From an uncultured OCS116 cluster bacterium (GTDB lineage Bacteria; Pseudomonadota; Alphaproteobacteria; Rhizobiales; TMED25): 64,000 nt of DNA. The notes below the pieces were generated by a model. That model did not search any database. It was not told the origin of the DNA and saw only the letters and a program-made list of their open reading frames with translations. Location of the stretch: the NCBI GenBank assembly GCA_902613795.1, contig CACMIP010000004.1, positions 25,862 through 89,861 of the forward strand. Direction: 5' to 3'. The position numbers and the translations under genes are program-made. Shown in pieces: positions 29,736-41,230 of this stretch; position 1 is the first letter of the stretch; every line of letters starts with the position of its first letter.

Positions 29736-30947
29736 ATGGATAAGTTAAACTCTTATAAACTAGGACCTGATCAAAATGGAAGGTTCGGAATATTTGGTGG
29801 AAGATTTGTTGCTGAGACATTAATGCCTCTTATATTAGACCTGGAGAAAGCATATCAGCAAGCAAAGAAAGATGACAGCTTCCAATCTGAGCTGGCTTAT
29901 TTAAATAAATATTACACAGGAAGACCAAGCCCGCTCTACTTTGCAGAGAGACTGACAGATTACCTCAAAACTGCAAAAATTTATTTTAAAAGGGACGAGC
30001 TTAATCATACAGGCAGCCATAAAATCAATAATTGTTTAGGTCAAATATTATTGGCAAAGAGGATGGGAAAAACGAGAATAATAGCAGAGACGGGGGCTGG
30101 ACAACACGGAGTTGCAGTTGCTACTGTCTCTGCGAGATTTGGAATTCCATGCGTGATTTATATGGGTGCAAAAGATATTGAGAGACAAAAGCCTAATGTC
30201 TTTAGAATGAAGCTGCTTGGAGCCGAGGTTGTTCCTGTAAGATCTGGCAATTCTACATTAAAAGACGCGATGAATGAAGCACTGAGAGATTGGGTGGCAA
30301 ACGTAAATGATACATTTTATATAATTGGAACTGTGGCAGGGCCTCACCCTTATCCCGAAATGGTTCGCGATTTTCAGTCAATAATTGGCAAAGAAACAAA
30401 AGAGCAAATTCTTGATCAAGAGGGACGTCTTCCGGATCAACTGATTGCATGCATTGGTGGAGGATCAAATGCAATGGGTCTATTTTATCCTTTTTTAGAT
30501 GACAAAAGTGTTAAGATCACAGGAATTGAGGCTGGGGGGATGGGGCTTCAAGGAGAAAAGCATTGTGCCAGCCTAACAGCGGGCAGACCTGGCGTTCTAC
30601 ATGGAAATAGAACATATTTACTGCAGGATGATGATGGGCAAATAATTGAAGGTCATTCAATTTCTGCGGGTCTTGATTACCCAGGAATAGGACCAGAGCA
30701 TGCTTGGCTGAAAGAGTCAGGAAGAGTTGAATATTTTGCAATTACAGATAGTGAAGCTGTCGAAGCCTTTAAAATATGCACAAAAACAGAGGGTATAATA
30801 CCAGCATTAGAACCATCTCATGCAATAGCTCATTTAATAAATATAGCACCGAATTTATCAAAGAATGATCTTGTGGTTATGAATTTGTGCGGAAGAGGCG
30901 ATAAGGATATTTTTACCATTGCAGAACACCTGAATATGGAGATATGA
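29736..30947 (+). CDS. trpB: tryptophan synthase beta chain
   Basis: [28 protein letters not shown]. Confidence 0.99.
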   Translation: MDKLNSYKLGPDQNGRFGIFGGRFVAETLMPLILDLEKAYQQAKKDDSFQSELAYLNKYYTGRPSPLYFAERLTDYLKTAKIYFKRDELNHTGSHKINNCLGQILLAKRMGKTRIIAETGAGQHGVAVATVSARFGIPCVIYMGAKDIERQKPNVFRMKLLGAEVVPVRSGNSTLKDAMNEALRDWVANVNDTFYIIGTVAGPHPYPEMVRDFQSIIGKETKEQILDQEGRLPDQLIACIGGGSNAMGLFYPFLDDKSVKITGIEAGGMGLQGEKHCASLTAGRPGVLHGNRTYLLQDDDGQIIEGHSISAGLDYPGIGPEHAWLKESGRVEYFAITDSEAVEAFKICTKTEGIIPALEPSHAIAHLINIAPNLSKNDLVVMNLCGRGDKDIFTIAEHLNMEI

Positions 30948-30950
30948 CAC

Positions 30951-31748
30951 TTGACAGTACGCATCGATAATTGTTTTGAAACACTTAAATTAACCAACAA
31001 AAAAGCCTTAATAACTTTCTTGACTGCGGGTGATCCAAATTATGATTTATCTCTGGAACTCATAAAGTCATTACCAGAAGCTGGTGCAGATATAATTGAA
31101 ATTGGGATGCCGTTCAGCGATCCGATGGCTGATGGTCCTGCGATACAGGCATCTTCACTCAGGGCAATAAATTCGGGTCATAAAATGGAAAAGACCTTTG
31201 AAATGATTGAAAGTTTTCGGAAAGATAATTCTCGTACTCCAATAATTCTAATGGGATATTTCAATCCCATATACAATTACGGGGTCGACTCCTTTATTAA
31301 GAAGATTATTGATATAGAAGTTGATGGCGTTATAGTCGTTGATTTACCTCCAGAAGAGGATAATGAGCTTTGTAATGCGCTAGAATGTGCTGATCTTTCA
31401 TTTATAAGATTAGTTACTCCCACAACCAACACAGATAGACTCAATAAAATTCTTCAAAAAACCTCAGGATTTTTATATTATGTATCAATAGCTGGGATAA
31501 CGGGCTCAAAGAGACCAGAAATAAATGAAGTTGAGACCGCTGTCCAAGAAATTAAAACAAAAACAAATATCCCGGTAGGTGTAGGTTTTGGAATAAGAAC
31601 CAAAGAGGATATTAAGAGGGTTGGAGATTTTGCCGACGGGGTAATTGTAGGTTCAGTATTAGTTGATATAATAAAAAATAATGAGCACGAGTCATCTGTA
31701 AAAGATAAAATAATGAAAAAAGTTAGAGAATTTGCCAGTGCAGTATGA
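30951..31748 (+). CDS. trpA: tryptophan synthase alpha chain
   Basis: AGDP, PFSDPMADGPAIQ, VGFGI. Confidence 0.98.
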   Translation: MTVRIDNCFETLKLTNKKALITFLTAGDPNYDLSLELIKSLPEAGADIIEIGMPFSDPMADGPAIQASSLRAINSGHKMEKTFEMIESFRKDNSRTPIILMGYFNPIYNYGVDSFIKKIIDIEVDGVIVVDLPPEEDNELCNALECADLSFIRLVTPTTNTDRLNKILQKTSGFLYYVSIAGITGSKRPEINEVETAVQEIKTKTNIPVGVGFGIRTKEDIKRVGDFADGVIVGSVLVDIIKNNEHESSVKDKIMKKVREFASAV

Positions 31749-31768
31749 TTTTAAATCAGGAATGATAG

Positions 31769-32614
31769 ATGAGTTGGATTAATAATATAGTTACACCTAA
31801 AATAAAGGAGATTTTAACTAAAAAAGATGTACCTGACAATCTTTGGATAAAATGCCCAGAAAGTGGGCAGATGGTATTTCACAAGGATCTGGAGGCAAAT
31901 CAATGGGTTATCCCTGGTTCAAATTATCACATGAAAATCCCAGCAAAAAAAAGATTGGAGTTACTCTATGATGACGAATACACAGTGATTGATGTGGAGG
32001 GGAGTGTATCAGACCCTCTGAAGTTTAAAGATGAGAAAAAGTACATTGATAGGCTTAAAGATGCTAGAAAGAAAACTGGTACCGACGATGCTGTTGTGAT
32101 CTCTCAAGGTAATCTCGGCAGTATTCCAGTGACGTGCATAGTTCAAGACTTTGCATTTATGGGTGGGTCACTTGGTGTTGCTGCAGGGGAAGCAATAATT
32201 AAGGCAATGGATGAGGCGCTTCGTTCATCCTCGCCCGTCATACTATTTTCTGCAGCGGGTGGCGCAAGAATGCAAGAGGGCATTCTGTCACTTATGCAGA
32301 TGCCGAGAACCACTATAGCTGTTCAAAAACTAAATGAAGCAAGGATACCATATATTGTTGTTCTCACTAATCCAACAACTGGAGGTGTAACAGCATCATA
32401 CGCAATGTTAGGGGATATTCATATAGCTGAACCTGGTGCATTAATAGGCTTCGCAGGGCCAAGAGTTATAGAACAAACAATCAAAGAGAAATTACCCGAG
32501 GGTTTTCAGAGATCTGAATATCTCTTAGAGCACGGCATGATTGATATGGTAGTTCACAGGCATGATCTGAGGAGCAAGCTCATTACTATTTGTAAACACC
32601 TTCTCAATAAATAA
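31769..32614 (+). CDS. accD: acetyl-CoA carboxylase carboxyltransferase beta
   Basis: [31 protein letters not shown]. Confidence 0.98.
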   Translation: MSWINNIVTPKIKEILTKKDVPDNLWIKCPESGQMVFHKDLEANQWVIPGSNYHMKIPAKKRLELLYDDEYTVIDVEGSVSDPLKFKDEKKYIDRLKDARKKTGTDDAVVISQGNLGSIPVTCIVQDFAFMGGSLGVAAGEAIIKAMDEALRSSSPVILFSAAGGARMQEGILSLMQMPRTTIAVQKLNEARIPYIVVLTNPTTGGVTASYAMLGDIHIAEPGALIGFAGPRVIEQTIKEKLPEGFQRSEYLLEHGMIDMVVHRHDLRSKLITICKHLLNK

Positions 32615-32631
32615 TACATCAAGTACACATT

Positions 32632-33933
32632 ATGTTATTTGAAATAAAATCTCTTCAAGATCGAATTGCCCATTTATATCCAAAAGTAATGGATTTATCA
32701 TTGGGAAGAATTGAAAATCTTCTCAAAAAATTAGGGAGCCCACAAGAAAGTATAGAGAGGATTATTCATGTAGCGGGAACAAATGGAAAAGGCTCAACAC
32801 TTACATATATTTCAAGTATTCTCACAGCGTCTGGCTTCTCGGTCGACTCATACACATCACCACATTTAGTTCATTTTAATGAGAGAATCAAGATTGGGCA
32901 AAAAGGGTGTCAGGAGGATATAAATGATGCGGCTTTGGAGGAGATACTTTTGGAGTGCGAGCAAGTAAATGATGGTGATCCAATAACAATTTTTGAATTG
33001 ATCACAGCAGCAGCATTCTTAAAATTTTCAAAAACAAAATCTGATTTTCTTATACTTGAAACAGGCTTAGGTGGTAGGCTGGATGCCACGAATGTTATTA
33101 AAAATCCACTCGTATCCGTGATTACACCAATCGGAATTGATCATCAGCAATTTCTTGGGGACTCTATTCAAGAGATTGCGTTAGAGAAAGCTGGCATCAT
33201 AAAAGATAAATGTAAAACTGTATTATCGTATCAGGATAAAAATATAATTCCCATATTTCAAGATATAATTAATTCTAAAAATAACATCTCAAAAATTTGG
33301 AACAAAGACTACTTTGTTATCGATAATGGGGAAGATTTTACATATTCCGATCAAAAATATCAGATGTCACTCCCACTGCCAAATTTATACGGCAGGCACC
33401 AGATTATGAACGCTGGAACAGCAATCGCAACAATTGCAGCGATTGATGATATTTCCATTAAGAGGGAGTCCTTTGTTGAGGGAATAGAAAATGCTGAATG
33501 GCCAGCAAGATTAGATCATCTGGAAACTGGTCCTTTGCATGGGCATGTGCATAATGATACTGAAATATGGATAGATGGAGGACATAATAGTCATGCTGCA
33601 ATCGCAATAGCTGATGCAATGAGAGCATTAGATAAAAAAAGGTTAATCTTAATTATTGGTATGTTAAACACAAAGGATTGTCGTGAATTTCTTAAGCCTT
33701 TTCAAAATATCACAGACACTGTGATAGCAATTGAGATTCCAGATAATACTAATTCACATAAACCTGAAAAAATAGTACATGACGCTGAATCACTCGGTAT
33801 TTCTGCAATAGCAGAAATAGACTTTCACAGTGCACTTGCATATGCACGTAAATATTTTGATGACTCTAAGAGGATACTCATATGTGGATCTTTGTACCTT
33901 GCTGGTTATGCAATGAAAATACACAGGGGATAA
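32632..33933 (+). CDS. folC: folylpolyglutamate/dihydrofolate synthase
   Basis: HVAGTNGKGS, TSPHL, ETGLGGRLDATN, DGGHN, GSLYLAG. Confidence 0.97.
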   Translation: MLFEIKSLQDRIAHLYPKVMDLSLGRIENLLKKLGSPQESIERIIHVAGTNGKGSTLTYISSILTASGFSVDSYTSPHLVHFNERIKIGQKGCQEDINDAALEEILLECEQVNDGDPITIFELITAAAFLKFSKTKSDFLILETGLGGRLDATNVIKNPLVSVITPIGIDHQQFLGDSIQEIALEKAGIIKDKCKTVLSYQDKNIIPIFQDIINSKNNISKIWNKDYFVIDNGEDFTYSDQKYQMSLPLPNLYGRHQIMNAGTAIATIAAIDDISIKRESFVEGIENAEWPARLDHLETGPLHGHVHNDTEIWIDGGHNSHAAIAIADAMRALDKKRLILIIGMLNTKDCREFLKPFQNITDTVIAIEIPDNTNSHKPEKIVHDAESLGISAIAEIDFHSALAYARKYFDDSKRILICGSLYLAGYAMKIHRG

Positions 33934-33942
33934 GGATTATTA

Positions 33943-34263
33943 TCAAATGTTTTCGTCAATCCACTCAAGCAAGGTAAGTTTTGGGAAAGCTCCAACTTTT
34001 GTTGATACTAACTCTGCATTTTTAAATAGTAATAGAGTTGGTATACCTCTAACTCCATAGTTTGTAGGCGTAATGGGATTTTCATCAATATTAACTTTTA
34101 CAACTGATAATTTACCCTCATAGTCAGAGGATATTTCCTCGAGTATCGGACCTATTTGTTTGCAAGGACCACACCATTCGGCCCAGAAATCTACAAGCAC
34201 TGGAACTGATGAGGAATCAATCTCAGATTGAAAGTTATCATCAGTAAGTTGTTTTGTTGCCAT
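33943..34263 (-). CDS. trxA: thioredoxin
   Basis: [12 protein letters not shown]. Confidence 0.98.
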   Translation of the reverse strand: MATKQLTDDNFQSEIDSSSVPVLVDFWAEWCGPCKQIGPILEEISSDYEGKLSVVKVNIDENPITPTNYGVRGIPTLLLFKNAELVSTKVGAFPKLTLLEWIDENI

Positions 34264-34299
34264 CTAATTACCTCCATTTTAAAAAAGTAACATGTTAAT

Positions 34300-35760
34300 T
34301 TAAGAAGTCAATAATCTACTTTCAAATTGCTTGAGTATCTCTTCAAGATTATCATTGTAATCATCGAGGAACTCAAGCTTGTCATTATCCTCATGATATT
34401 TCTCTCTTAGATCATCAACAGCAGAAAATGCCTCCGGTATGGTGAGCCATTTCTCAGTATTACTGCTAGTTAGTCTTTTAAATATATCTTGATCTATTGA
34501 TCTAAGGTCTTGTTCATCCAACAGGGACCGGTCATATTCATAAATTATCTTTTTTGCAAAATATCTGTATCCTTCTTGTTCAAATTCTTCTGAGATAATA
34601 GGTTTTTGGTTCCAGTCAGCTGCATGGAATTTTTCCATTAACATCCTATCCTTACTTGAAGCAAATCCCAAAAAATATAAGCTTTCTTCCCAGAAAGGAT
34701 CCAGTTGTGATATTTGTTGTTCGAAATCGTTGCTCTCATTTTGGTGCCAGTCTAAAATTTTCATCTTAAAATCATTGCTATTTTTAATGATACTAGCCCT
34801 TTGATGAAGTTCTTCCATGCCAATAGACTCATATTGCGGGAAGCTCACGGCGTAGTCTTTATCCATAAATATTGGATGTCTGTTAAATCTTAGTGTTCTT
34901 AAAAATTTTGTTTTGCTATCACTATTTATATGCTTCAGTTCGGTTATATTGAGATCTAAAAGTTCTTGGGGATCTCTTTTCAAATCAAAAAAAAGATTTA
35001 TTTCTGCATTATTTTTATTGGAGTAGGATCCAATGTGCGCTGTTGCATAAGTATAGACTTTTCCATAGTAAGCCTCATGGTGGCATAGTATATCTCGATC
35101 TTGGATATAATTTACAACATCATTTTTCGAAGTAGTTTGAAGTGATTTTGACCAAAAGTCTGGAGTTTTCTGTTTTAATATTTTGCATAAATCGATTGTT
35201 GTTTCAACATCTGCCATAGCATCATGTGCATTTGAATGATCAATATTATTCGCCTCAGCTAGATTTTCTAGAGAAAATTGCTTTTTAACATCAAGGGTCT
35301 TGATACAAGATGGATTAAAAACAGAGGATGCGCGTATTATATTAAGCGCATCGGCTCTTTTATTCCCATTAATTTGGGTAAAATATGGATTATGTAGATT
35401 TTGAAATAAAGAATTTCTTAAAAATTCCTCATCAAAATCTATTGAGTTAAAGCCGATATATATTGCACTGCCCCACTCTCTAAATTTATCTAGCATGTCA
35501 CAGATAAGTCTGTAGCTGGAAATATTATTTGTATTTCGGATTGTTGTCATCGACAAATTGTTAACCAGTAATGCCGATGGATTTGGTATCAGTGTTTTAT
35601 TTAAGTTACATTTAATTTCAAAACGATCCTTCTCGACCAAGTTTTCGTCGCAAAGAATTGCTCCTACTTGAAGTATCTGATCCCACTGACCATTTCGGGT
35701 TTTTTTATGGTTTTCTCCCCTACCGGATGTTTCAAGGTCATAAAATATTAAATTACTCAT
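34300..35760 (-). CDS. sbcB: exodeoxyribonuclease I (SbcB-like DEDDh exonuclease)
   Basis: FYDLETSG, GFNSIDFDEEFLR..LF.N...PY, F.LE.LA.AN, AHDAMADV, EESLY..F; about 480 aa. Confidence 0.82.
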   Translation of the reverse strand: MSNLIFYDLETSGRGENHKKTRNGQWDQILQVGAILCDENLVEKDRFEIKCNLNKTLIPNPSALLVNNLSMTTIRNTNNISSYRLICDMLDKFREWGSAIYIGFNSIDFDEEFLRNSLFQNLHNPYFTQINGNKRADALNIIRASSVFNPSCIKTLDVKKQFSLENLAEANNIDHSNAHDAMADVETTIDLCKILKQKTPDFWSKSLQTTSKNDVVNYIQDRDILCHHEAYYGKVYTYATAHIGSYSNKNNAEINLFFDLKRDPQELLDLNITELKHINSDSKTKFLRTLRFNRHPIFMDKDYAVSFPQYESIGMEELHQRASIIKNSNDFKMKILDWHQNESNDFEQQISQLDPFWEESLYFLGFASSKDRMLMEKFHAADWNQKPIISEEFEQEGYRYFAKKIIYEYDRSLLDEQDLRSIDQDIFKRLTSSNTEKWLTIPEAFSAVDDLREKYHEDNDKLEFLDDYNDNLEEILKQFESRLLTS

Positions 35761-35768
35761 CTTCAATT

Positions 35769-36500
35769 TTACTCAGAAAACCGGTTAGCAAGCTCAATTG
35801 CTTCCACATTACCCGCATGGAACCAGATGTTCTCAAATACTATACCGTAACATGTTCTTTTTTTTATGAGTTTACTCCAAATTTCAACAAGAGAAAATCT
35901 TTCAGCATTCACTAATTCTAGAGTTTTTGTATTAAGCACTGAAATACCCATAAATACCATTTTGCCTGGTCGATCGCTTTCAATAACAGTGCCATCGTCA
36001 GAGATAATATAATCACCACTACCAGAATACCCAACAGCATTTTTTGGTGATGAAAATGCTAATAATGCATCCATTTTGTCAGGATTAAATTTTTTTTGTA
36101 AGTCTTGAAGCAAATTTGAATAATTATTTAACAATATAGCGTCGCAATTGATAATCATAATAGCTTTAGTAGTATCTGGGTCTATTGCATTCTTTATCCC
36201 TCCACCTGTATCAAGTAACGCAGTCTCATGGGAAATATGGATATTCGATATTTTTTTCCTTTCAATATATTCAATGACTCTTTCATGCTGATAATGTGTG
36301 TTGATATATATTTTATTTATACCAATTGTTGTTAATGCATGAAAAATATAATCAATCATTGGTTTTTGGTTGATTTCAACCAAGGGTTTTGGCATATTTT
36401 TTGTGAGAGGCATAAGCCTTCTGCCTAAGCCTGCTGCAAGAATAAAAGCTTCCTCCACTGTTTTTTTATAACTAATATGTTTATTTATTTTGATATCCAT
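35769..36500 (-). CDS. murU: nucleotidyltransferase, MurU-like (start uncertain: ATG 36500 or GTG 36458)
   Basis: [13 protein letters not shown]...PKPLV, LDTGGG, WFHAG; downstream of amgK. Confidence 0.8.
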   Translation of the reverse strand: MDIKINKHISYKKTVEEAFILAAGLGRRLMPLTKNMPKPLVEINQKPMIDYIFHALTTIGINKIYINTHYQHERVIEYIERKKISNIHISHETALLDTGGGIKNAIDPDTTKAIMIINCDAILLNNYSNLLQDLQKKFNPDKMDALLAFSSPKNAVGYSGSGDYIISDDGTVIESDRPGKMVFMGISVLNTKTLELVNAERFSLVEIWSKLIKKRTCYGIVFENIWFHAGNVEAIELANRFSE

Positions 36501-37725
36501 CCCCACTGAATTCAATTTTGGATAAGCTTTTTCCTGATAATGTTGACTCAAATGTCTGCAGTCTTTTAAAAATTGAAATAAGTTCAATGATGGTTGGCCA
36601 TGCGTTTACAATATATTGGAAAGAATTAGATACTTGACCAAATGCTGTGAGTATTTGCTGCAATATCCCAAAGGTTATTTTACCAGCAACAATTGTCGGG
36701 ATAAGTATTAAATATGCAAAAATATTGTCAGCTTGTAAATAGAAGCTTCTTGCAACGTTAAAATATAAATAGTGAAAATACAGGCGAAAATAATTTCTTC
36801 TTACGTTACTGAAAAGCTCATTTATTGATTGAGGTGTGGCGCGATCTTCATAGTCTTCCCCATACACCAACTCTTTTCGAAGGGAAGCCTCAACCCTCTG
36901 GTTTCGGAATTCCAAACCGGGTAGTTTTATCCCCACGACTGCTAAAAATATTGTTCCAAATAAAGACCAGAATATCGCAGCATTTAATAATGGCGCCGGT
37001 ATTTCACCCAGTATTGGTAATACTGTAACATATTCAGACAAAGCAAGGAGGACTGGTAAGAATGCAATTAATGTCATTACAGCATCAATTATTGAGACTC
37101 CAAGACCTTCCATAATGGCTGCGAACCTCATTGTATCCTCTTGGACACGTTGGGCCGCGCCCTCTATACTTCTGAGCTTTGACCACTGATCGGTGTAATA
37201 AAAATTCATGGCAGTGCGCCACCTAAAGATATAGTGACTAACAAAAAACCTAGTTAAAACAAATACTGCAAGGGAAACGAAAGCAATTTGTGCAAATATA
37301 AATAAAAGAACATACAGATCCTCTGAATAAACGGTAATTTCGTTTCCCAAAGCATTTTGGATAGCATCGAAGAAAGGTCTTCTCCAATTATTGATTGCAA
37401 CTGCTACTTGAACCCCGAAGTACGTCGAAAAGATTATCAATGATGATCCCAAAATGGACCAATTTTGCCATTTATGAGGCGAATATCTAAACCAAAAACC
37501 AGCAAATATAATTGTAGCGATGAGATAATATAAATAGAACCATATAAATTTATGAGATATAAAGTACCCAAGACCAATTATTGGTTCAGCATCTTCATTG
37601 ATATTAAAGCCAACGATTTTTGCAATATCAGTTCCTATCCAAAACCAGATTATTGTTGATAAAATAATCCAAATTATGGCAGACGGAAAAAAAATTTTTG
37701 GCATCGGGAAAAAAGATCTAAACAT
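36481..37725 (-). CDS. sbmA: SbmA/BacA peptide transporter
   Basis: [63 protein letters not shown]. Confidence 0.95.
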   Translation of the reverse strand: MFRSFFPMPKIFFPSAIIWIILSTIIWFWIGTDIAKIVGFNINEDAEPIIGLGYFISHKFIWFYLYYLIATIIFAGFWFRYSPHKWQNWSILGSSLIIFSTYFGVQVAVAINNWRRPFFDAIQNALGNEITVYSEDLYVLLFIFAQIAFVSLAVFVLTRFFVSHYIFRWRTAMNFYYTDQWSKLRSIEGAAQRVQEDTMRFAAIMEGLGVSIIDAVMTLIAFLPVLLALSEYVTVLPILGEIPAPLLNAAIFWSLFGTIFLAVVGIKLPGLEFRNQRVEASLRKELVYGEDYEDRATPQSINELFSNVRRNYFRLYFHYLYFNVARSFYLQADNIFAYLILIPTIVAGKITFGILQQILTAFGQVSNSFQYIVNAWPTIIELISIFKRLQTFESTLSGKSLSKIEFSGDGYQNK

Positions 37726-39193
37726 TGAACGTTTCCTTGAAATTCTTATTCAGCCAACATGCTAGCGCTTGTATGCTACCCGATCGCATGATACGTTTGA
37801 TATAACAAATTACTCGTGGCATATGAACTAAATAATTTTGATTAGTCTCAAGTATAGCAAGTCTTGCAAAGATTCCCAATATCTTAATTGATCTCTGAAC
37901 TCCCAAGATATGATATTGTTGCATAAATGATGAACTATCAAATTGGAAATTGTTGAAGGGAAAATTTTTTTTGTATAACCCAATTAAATATTTTTCTTGG
38001 TACTCATCTATTGTAATCCTTGCATCATTTGTTAGGGAGACAAGATCGTAAAGAGGGTGTCCAAATAGTGCGTCCTGAAAGTCAATTACTGCACATTTTC
38101 TAAAGCCATTTTCATTTTCCAAAAATAGAAGGTTTGGTGAGTGAAAGTCTCTTAGCATGAGTGTTTTATCATTTGTAAGATTTGAATATACTTCTCCCAT
38201 AATATGTGTAAACTCTTTTTTATTATCTGCATTGCATTGTTTTCCATGAATGAAAGGCCAATAGTAATCGATAAATATCTCAGCCTCATTAAGGTAGATA
38301 TCCAAATCAAATTCTTTTAGGTAATGTGGGTTTGAGTTTGTACTAATATTTTTTGGGTGATTAATATTAGAAATATGTATTAGTGTTTTTATTGCAGGAT
38401 TATAGAGTTTCTGATAATTCTCTTTTGTTAACATATCTGTATAAGAATATTCTCCCAAATCCTCCTCAAGTATAATATCGTCAATCTTATTTCTGACTAT
38501 TAATTTAGGGACACGCACGTCAATACTATCAAGGTACTCTTGAATTTTAATGAAATCATCAATCCCATTGGTCTGACCGGTCTTACTTTTGATAACACTT
38601 TCTTGAGTTGCATCCATCAGTATCATATTATTATCTGAGCTCATTACCCTATAGTAATGTCTGTTTGAGGCATCACCCGGTAATCTCTGTAATTCAGTGA
38701 AGTTTATATCAAGACCTCCAAGAAAATTTTCTATTTTAGCCAGATTACTTACAACTTCCCTGAATTTGCCGAGAGGGTTTATTCTATAGACTCTCTCATT
38801 TTTTGTGTATTTAATGAAAATTTCAATACGGTCTTTCGGAAGTAAGTCCCTAAATTTATCCGCCCACTCTATGATGCATATCTTATTTGTGATGGATTCG
38901 TTAAGATCTATTTCAAGGAGCTCCATCTCACTCTCAATTCTGTAAAAATCATAATGTGCAATCTCAAGAGTATCCTTATTATAAGTGTGGTATAAATTGA
39001 ATGTAGGGCTAACGATATCTTCAAGCGGGATTTGAGTTAACTCTTGTATTATGAGCTTGGCAAAGGTTGTTTTTCCGGCACCAATTTGGCCATTTAGGGT
39101 CATGACACCCCCCTCATTTAGGAGAGGGGCTAGCTCTTTTACAAGTTTCTCTAAATCAGATAAATTTTGAGATATATATTTACTATGGATCAT
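37718..39193 (-). CDS. tsaE: TsaE-AmgK fusion (t6A ATPase plus anomeric MurNAc/GlcNAc kinase)
   Basis: N-terminal [21 protein letters not shown]; C-terminal [33 protein letters not shown]. Confidence 0.9.
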   Translation of the reverse strand: MIHSKYISQNLSDLEKLVKELAPLLNEGGVMTLNGQIGAGKTTFAKLIIQELTQIPLEDIVSPTFNLYHTYNKDTLEIAHYDFYRIESEMELLEIDLNESITNKICIIEWADKFRDLLPKDRIEIFIKYTKNERVYRINPLGKFREVVSNLAKIENFLGGLDINFTELQRLPGDASNRHYYRVMSSDNNMILMDATQESVIKSKTGQTNGIDDFIKIQEYLDSIDVRVPKLIVRNKIDDIILEEDLGEYSYTDMLTKENYQKLYNPAIKTLIHISNINHPKNISTNSNPHYLKEFDLDIYLNEAEIFIDYYWPFIHGKQCNADNKKEFTHIMGEVYSNLTNDKTLMLRDFHSPNLLFLENENGFRKCAVIDFQDALFGHPLYDLVSLTNDARITIDEYQEKYLIGLYKKNFPFNNFQFDSSSFMQQYHILGVQRSIKILGIFARLAILETNQNYLVHMPRVICYIKRIMRSGSIQALACWLNKNFKETFNV

Positions 39194-41157
39194 AATTCAA
39201 TAGCTGGTATTTCGATGGTAATGTTATTTCTCTGAGGCTCAATATTAATTTTCCCTGAGAAAAACATCACATATTTATCAATAATAATATTTTCAATACT
39301 GCCTGGCACATAGGTAAATTCTTTATTCAAATTTTCGATATCTTTGAATAGATTTTGCGGGATCTCATCAAATTTTAAAATAAACTTAGAAGATTCACGA
39401 TTCAGTTTAATATCTATTTTTATTCTACATTTTTTCACATCATTGCTTGAAATATGCCGGTCTACAAGTCTTACCACACCAGTGAAGAGTCTTGAAATAT
39501 GTTTTACATCGATATTCGTAAATTCGCTATCATCTATTCCATTCCCTGCTACATCATAATCGATGTTAAAGAAATCTAATTTATTCAGTTCATCCTGAAA
39601 GATTTCTACTATGTCATTCCCATTAATTTTTTGATATTCAGACTCTATATTGCCCGACTCGAGAGCAGTAATTTCAAGTATTTGATTAATTTGATGGTGT
39701 AACTCATTACCAGATTTTTTTATGTCTTTGATATAACCAGAAATTTGTTTATCCATACCGCCTTTATTATGAGTTTCCTCAATTAATTCAGAAAAACCGA
39801 TAATATTCTGTAGAGGAGCCCTTAGCTCATGAGAGATATTATTCATAAATGATGTTTTAATATTATCTGCTTGCGCCAACGCACTATTTTTTTCAATTAG
39901 TGCCTCTTCAATTTTCTTACTATCTGTTATATCAGTGAAAGTATATAGGATTGATCTATCGGGTAAGATTGAAGACTGATAATAAATAATTTTATTATTC
40001 TCACAATTTAAGATATTGCTGTGCTCTTTTCTATCTACTCCAGAGGATGCAATATTAATATATATCTCATCAAATATTTCTGACTTTTCTATAATCTTTA
40101 TGAAACTTCTTACATGCATGCCAACCAGACTATCTTCAATTTGCCAGAGTTCGGAGAATTTAGGGTTATGAAGCTTTATTTTACCGTCAATCCCAAAAAG
40201 TACAATACCTTCCGATAGGCTATCAATAGTCTGTTTTTGTATCTCAGACAGAAGTTTTGCTGCATTTTCAAGTGCTAATCTTTCGGTATGATTCTCAAAT
40301 ATATGCGTTACGCCACCCATGGGATTTGGTTGTGATAATATGCGTAATGTCCTCCCATCCTGCAAATACCACCATTGCTCTCGATCATTTAGAGTCTCGT
40401 AAATATTGAGTTGTTTCTTCTTCCACTCTTGAAAGTTTGCCTGGTAGGGTAGTATCTCTTTTTGTCTCATGCTATCTAATATTTCTGACTCAGTTGGCTT
40501 ATTATTCAAGTATTCATGGGTCAACATCGAAAAAGACTCGAATGCTGAATTAAAAAAAACCAGTGATTGGTCTTGACCGAAAATAGCAACTGGACTATTT
40601 AGCCTGTTCATTAATTGCAGATTTGTCTCATTCTGTTTATCGAGAAGCTGATTTTGGCTATCTTCTATAGTTTTGTCTTCTGCAGTAATAATAATTGAGT
40701 CATCCTTATTCTCACTTTTCAAAATAAAAGTATATTGTTTCCCATTAAGTATTTTTTTAATTTTTGTTTTACCGTCATCTATTTTTTTTAAATCTTCAAT
40801 TGGGAATATATGTATATTTTGACGTATTATTTCAGAAATTGTTTTCCCATTATGCAAATTTTCATAATTTTTATTAAATTCAACTATTTTCCCATTTTTT
40901 ATCACCCAACATATCTTATTGGATGTTTGTATGTTATATTTATCTTCCTGAATTTTCTTTGCGAAACGCAAATCAAAAAAATAGACAAAAAATGCCTCAA
41001 TGATGTATTTGAGTGAGTTTATGACAGGATATGATTTTTTCTTTTGATGAATAATGATGCAAGCGACCAATAAGGACAGCAAGAGTATAAAGATCATATC
41101 ACTCATATTGTACATATCTAATATATAATCATTCATGCTATCTATAAATTTCATCAA
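39190..41157 (-). CDS. divL: multi-PAS histidine-kinase-like protein, DivL-like, degenerate ATPase domain
   Basis: W.L.DGRTLR...QP.P.GG PAS motif, SHELRAPLQNIIGFSE; position between ahcY and tsaE as in Rhizobiales. Confidence 0.7.
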   Translation of the reverse strand: MMKFIDSMNDYILDMYNMSDMIFILLLSLLVACIIIHQKKKSYPVINSLKYIIEAFFVYFFDLRFAKKIQEDKYNIQTSNKICWVIKNGKIVEFNKNYENLHNGKTISEIIRQNIHIFPIEDLKKIDDGKTKIKKILNGKQYTFILKSENKDDSIIITAEDKTIEDSQNQLLDKQNETNLQLMNRLNSPVAIFGQDQSLVFFNSAFESFSMLTHEYLNNKPTESEILDSMRQKEILPYQANFQEWKKKQLNIYETLNDREQWWYLQDGRTLRILSQPNPMGGVTHIFENHTERLALENAAKLLSEIQKQTIDSLSEGIVLFGIDGKIKLHNPKFSELWQIEDSLVGMHVRSFIKIIEKSEIFDEIYINIASSGVDRKEHSNILNCENNKIIYYQSSILPDRSILYTFTDITDSKKIEEALIEKNSALAQADNIKTSFMNNISHELRAPLQNIIGFSELIEETHNKGGMDKQISGYIKDIKKSGNELHHQINQILEITALESGNIESEYQKINGNDIVEIFQDELNKLDFFNIDYDVAGNGIDDSEFTNIDVKHISRLFTGVVRLVDRHISSNDVKKCRIKIDIKLNRESSKFILKFDEIPQNLFKDIENLNKEFTYVPGSIENIIIDKYVMFFSGKINIEPQRNNITIEIPAIEL

Positions 41158-41230
41158 ATTCTTTGATAAATTAATAGTAAATGAATTTTTTATTTATTGA
41201 AATTAAATCAGAGAGATGTGGGGATATTTT

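Noticed and set aside
37718-39193. TsaE-AmgK fusion as a novelty
   Set aside because: This fusion is already common in Rhizobiales.
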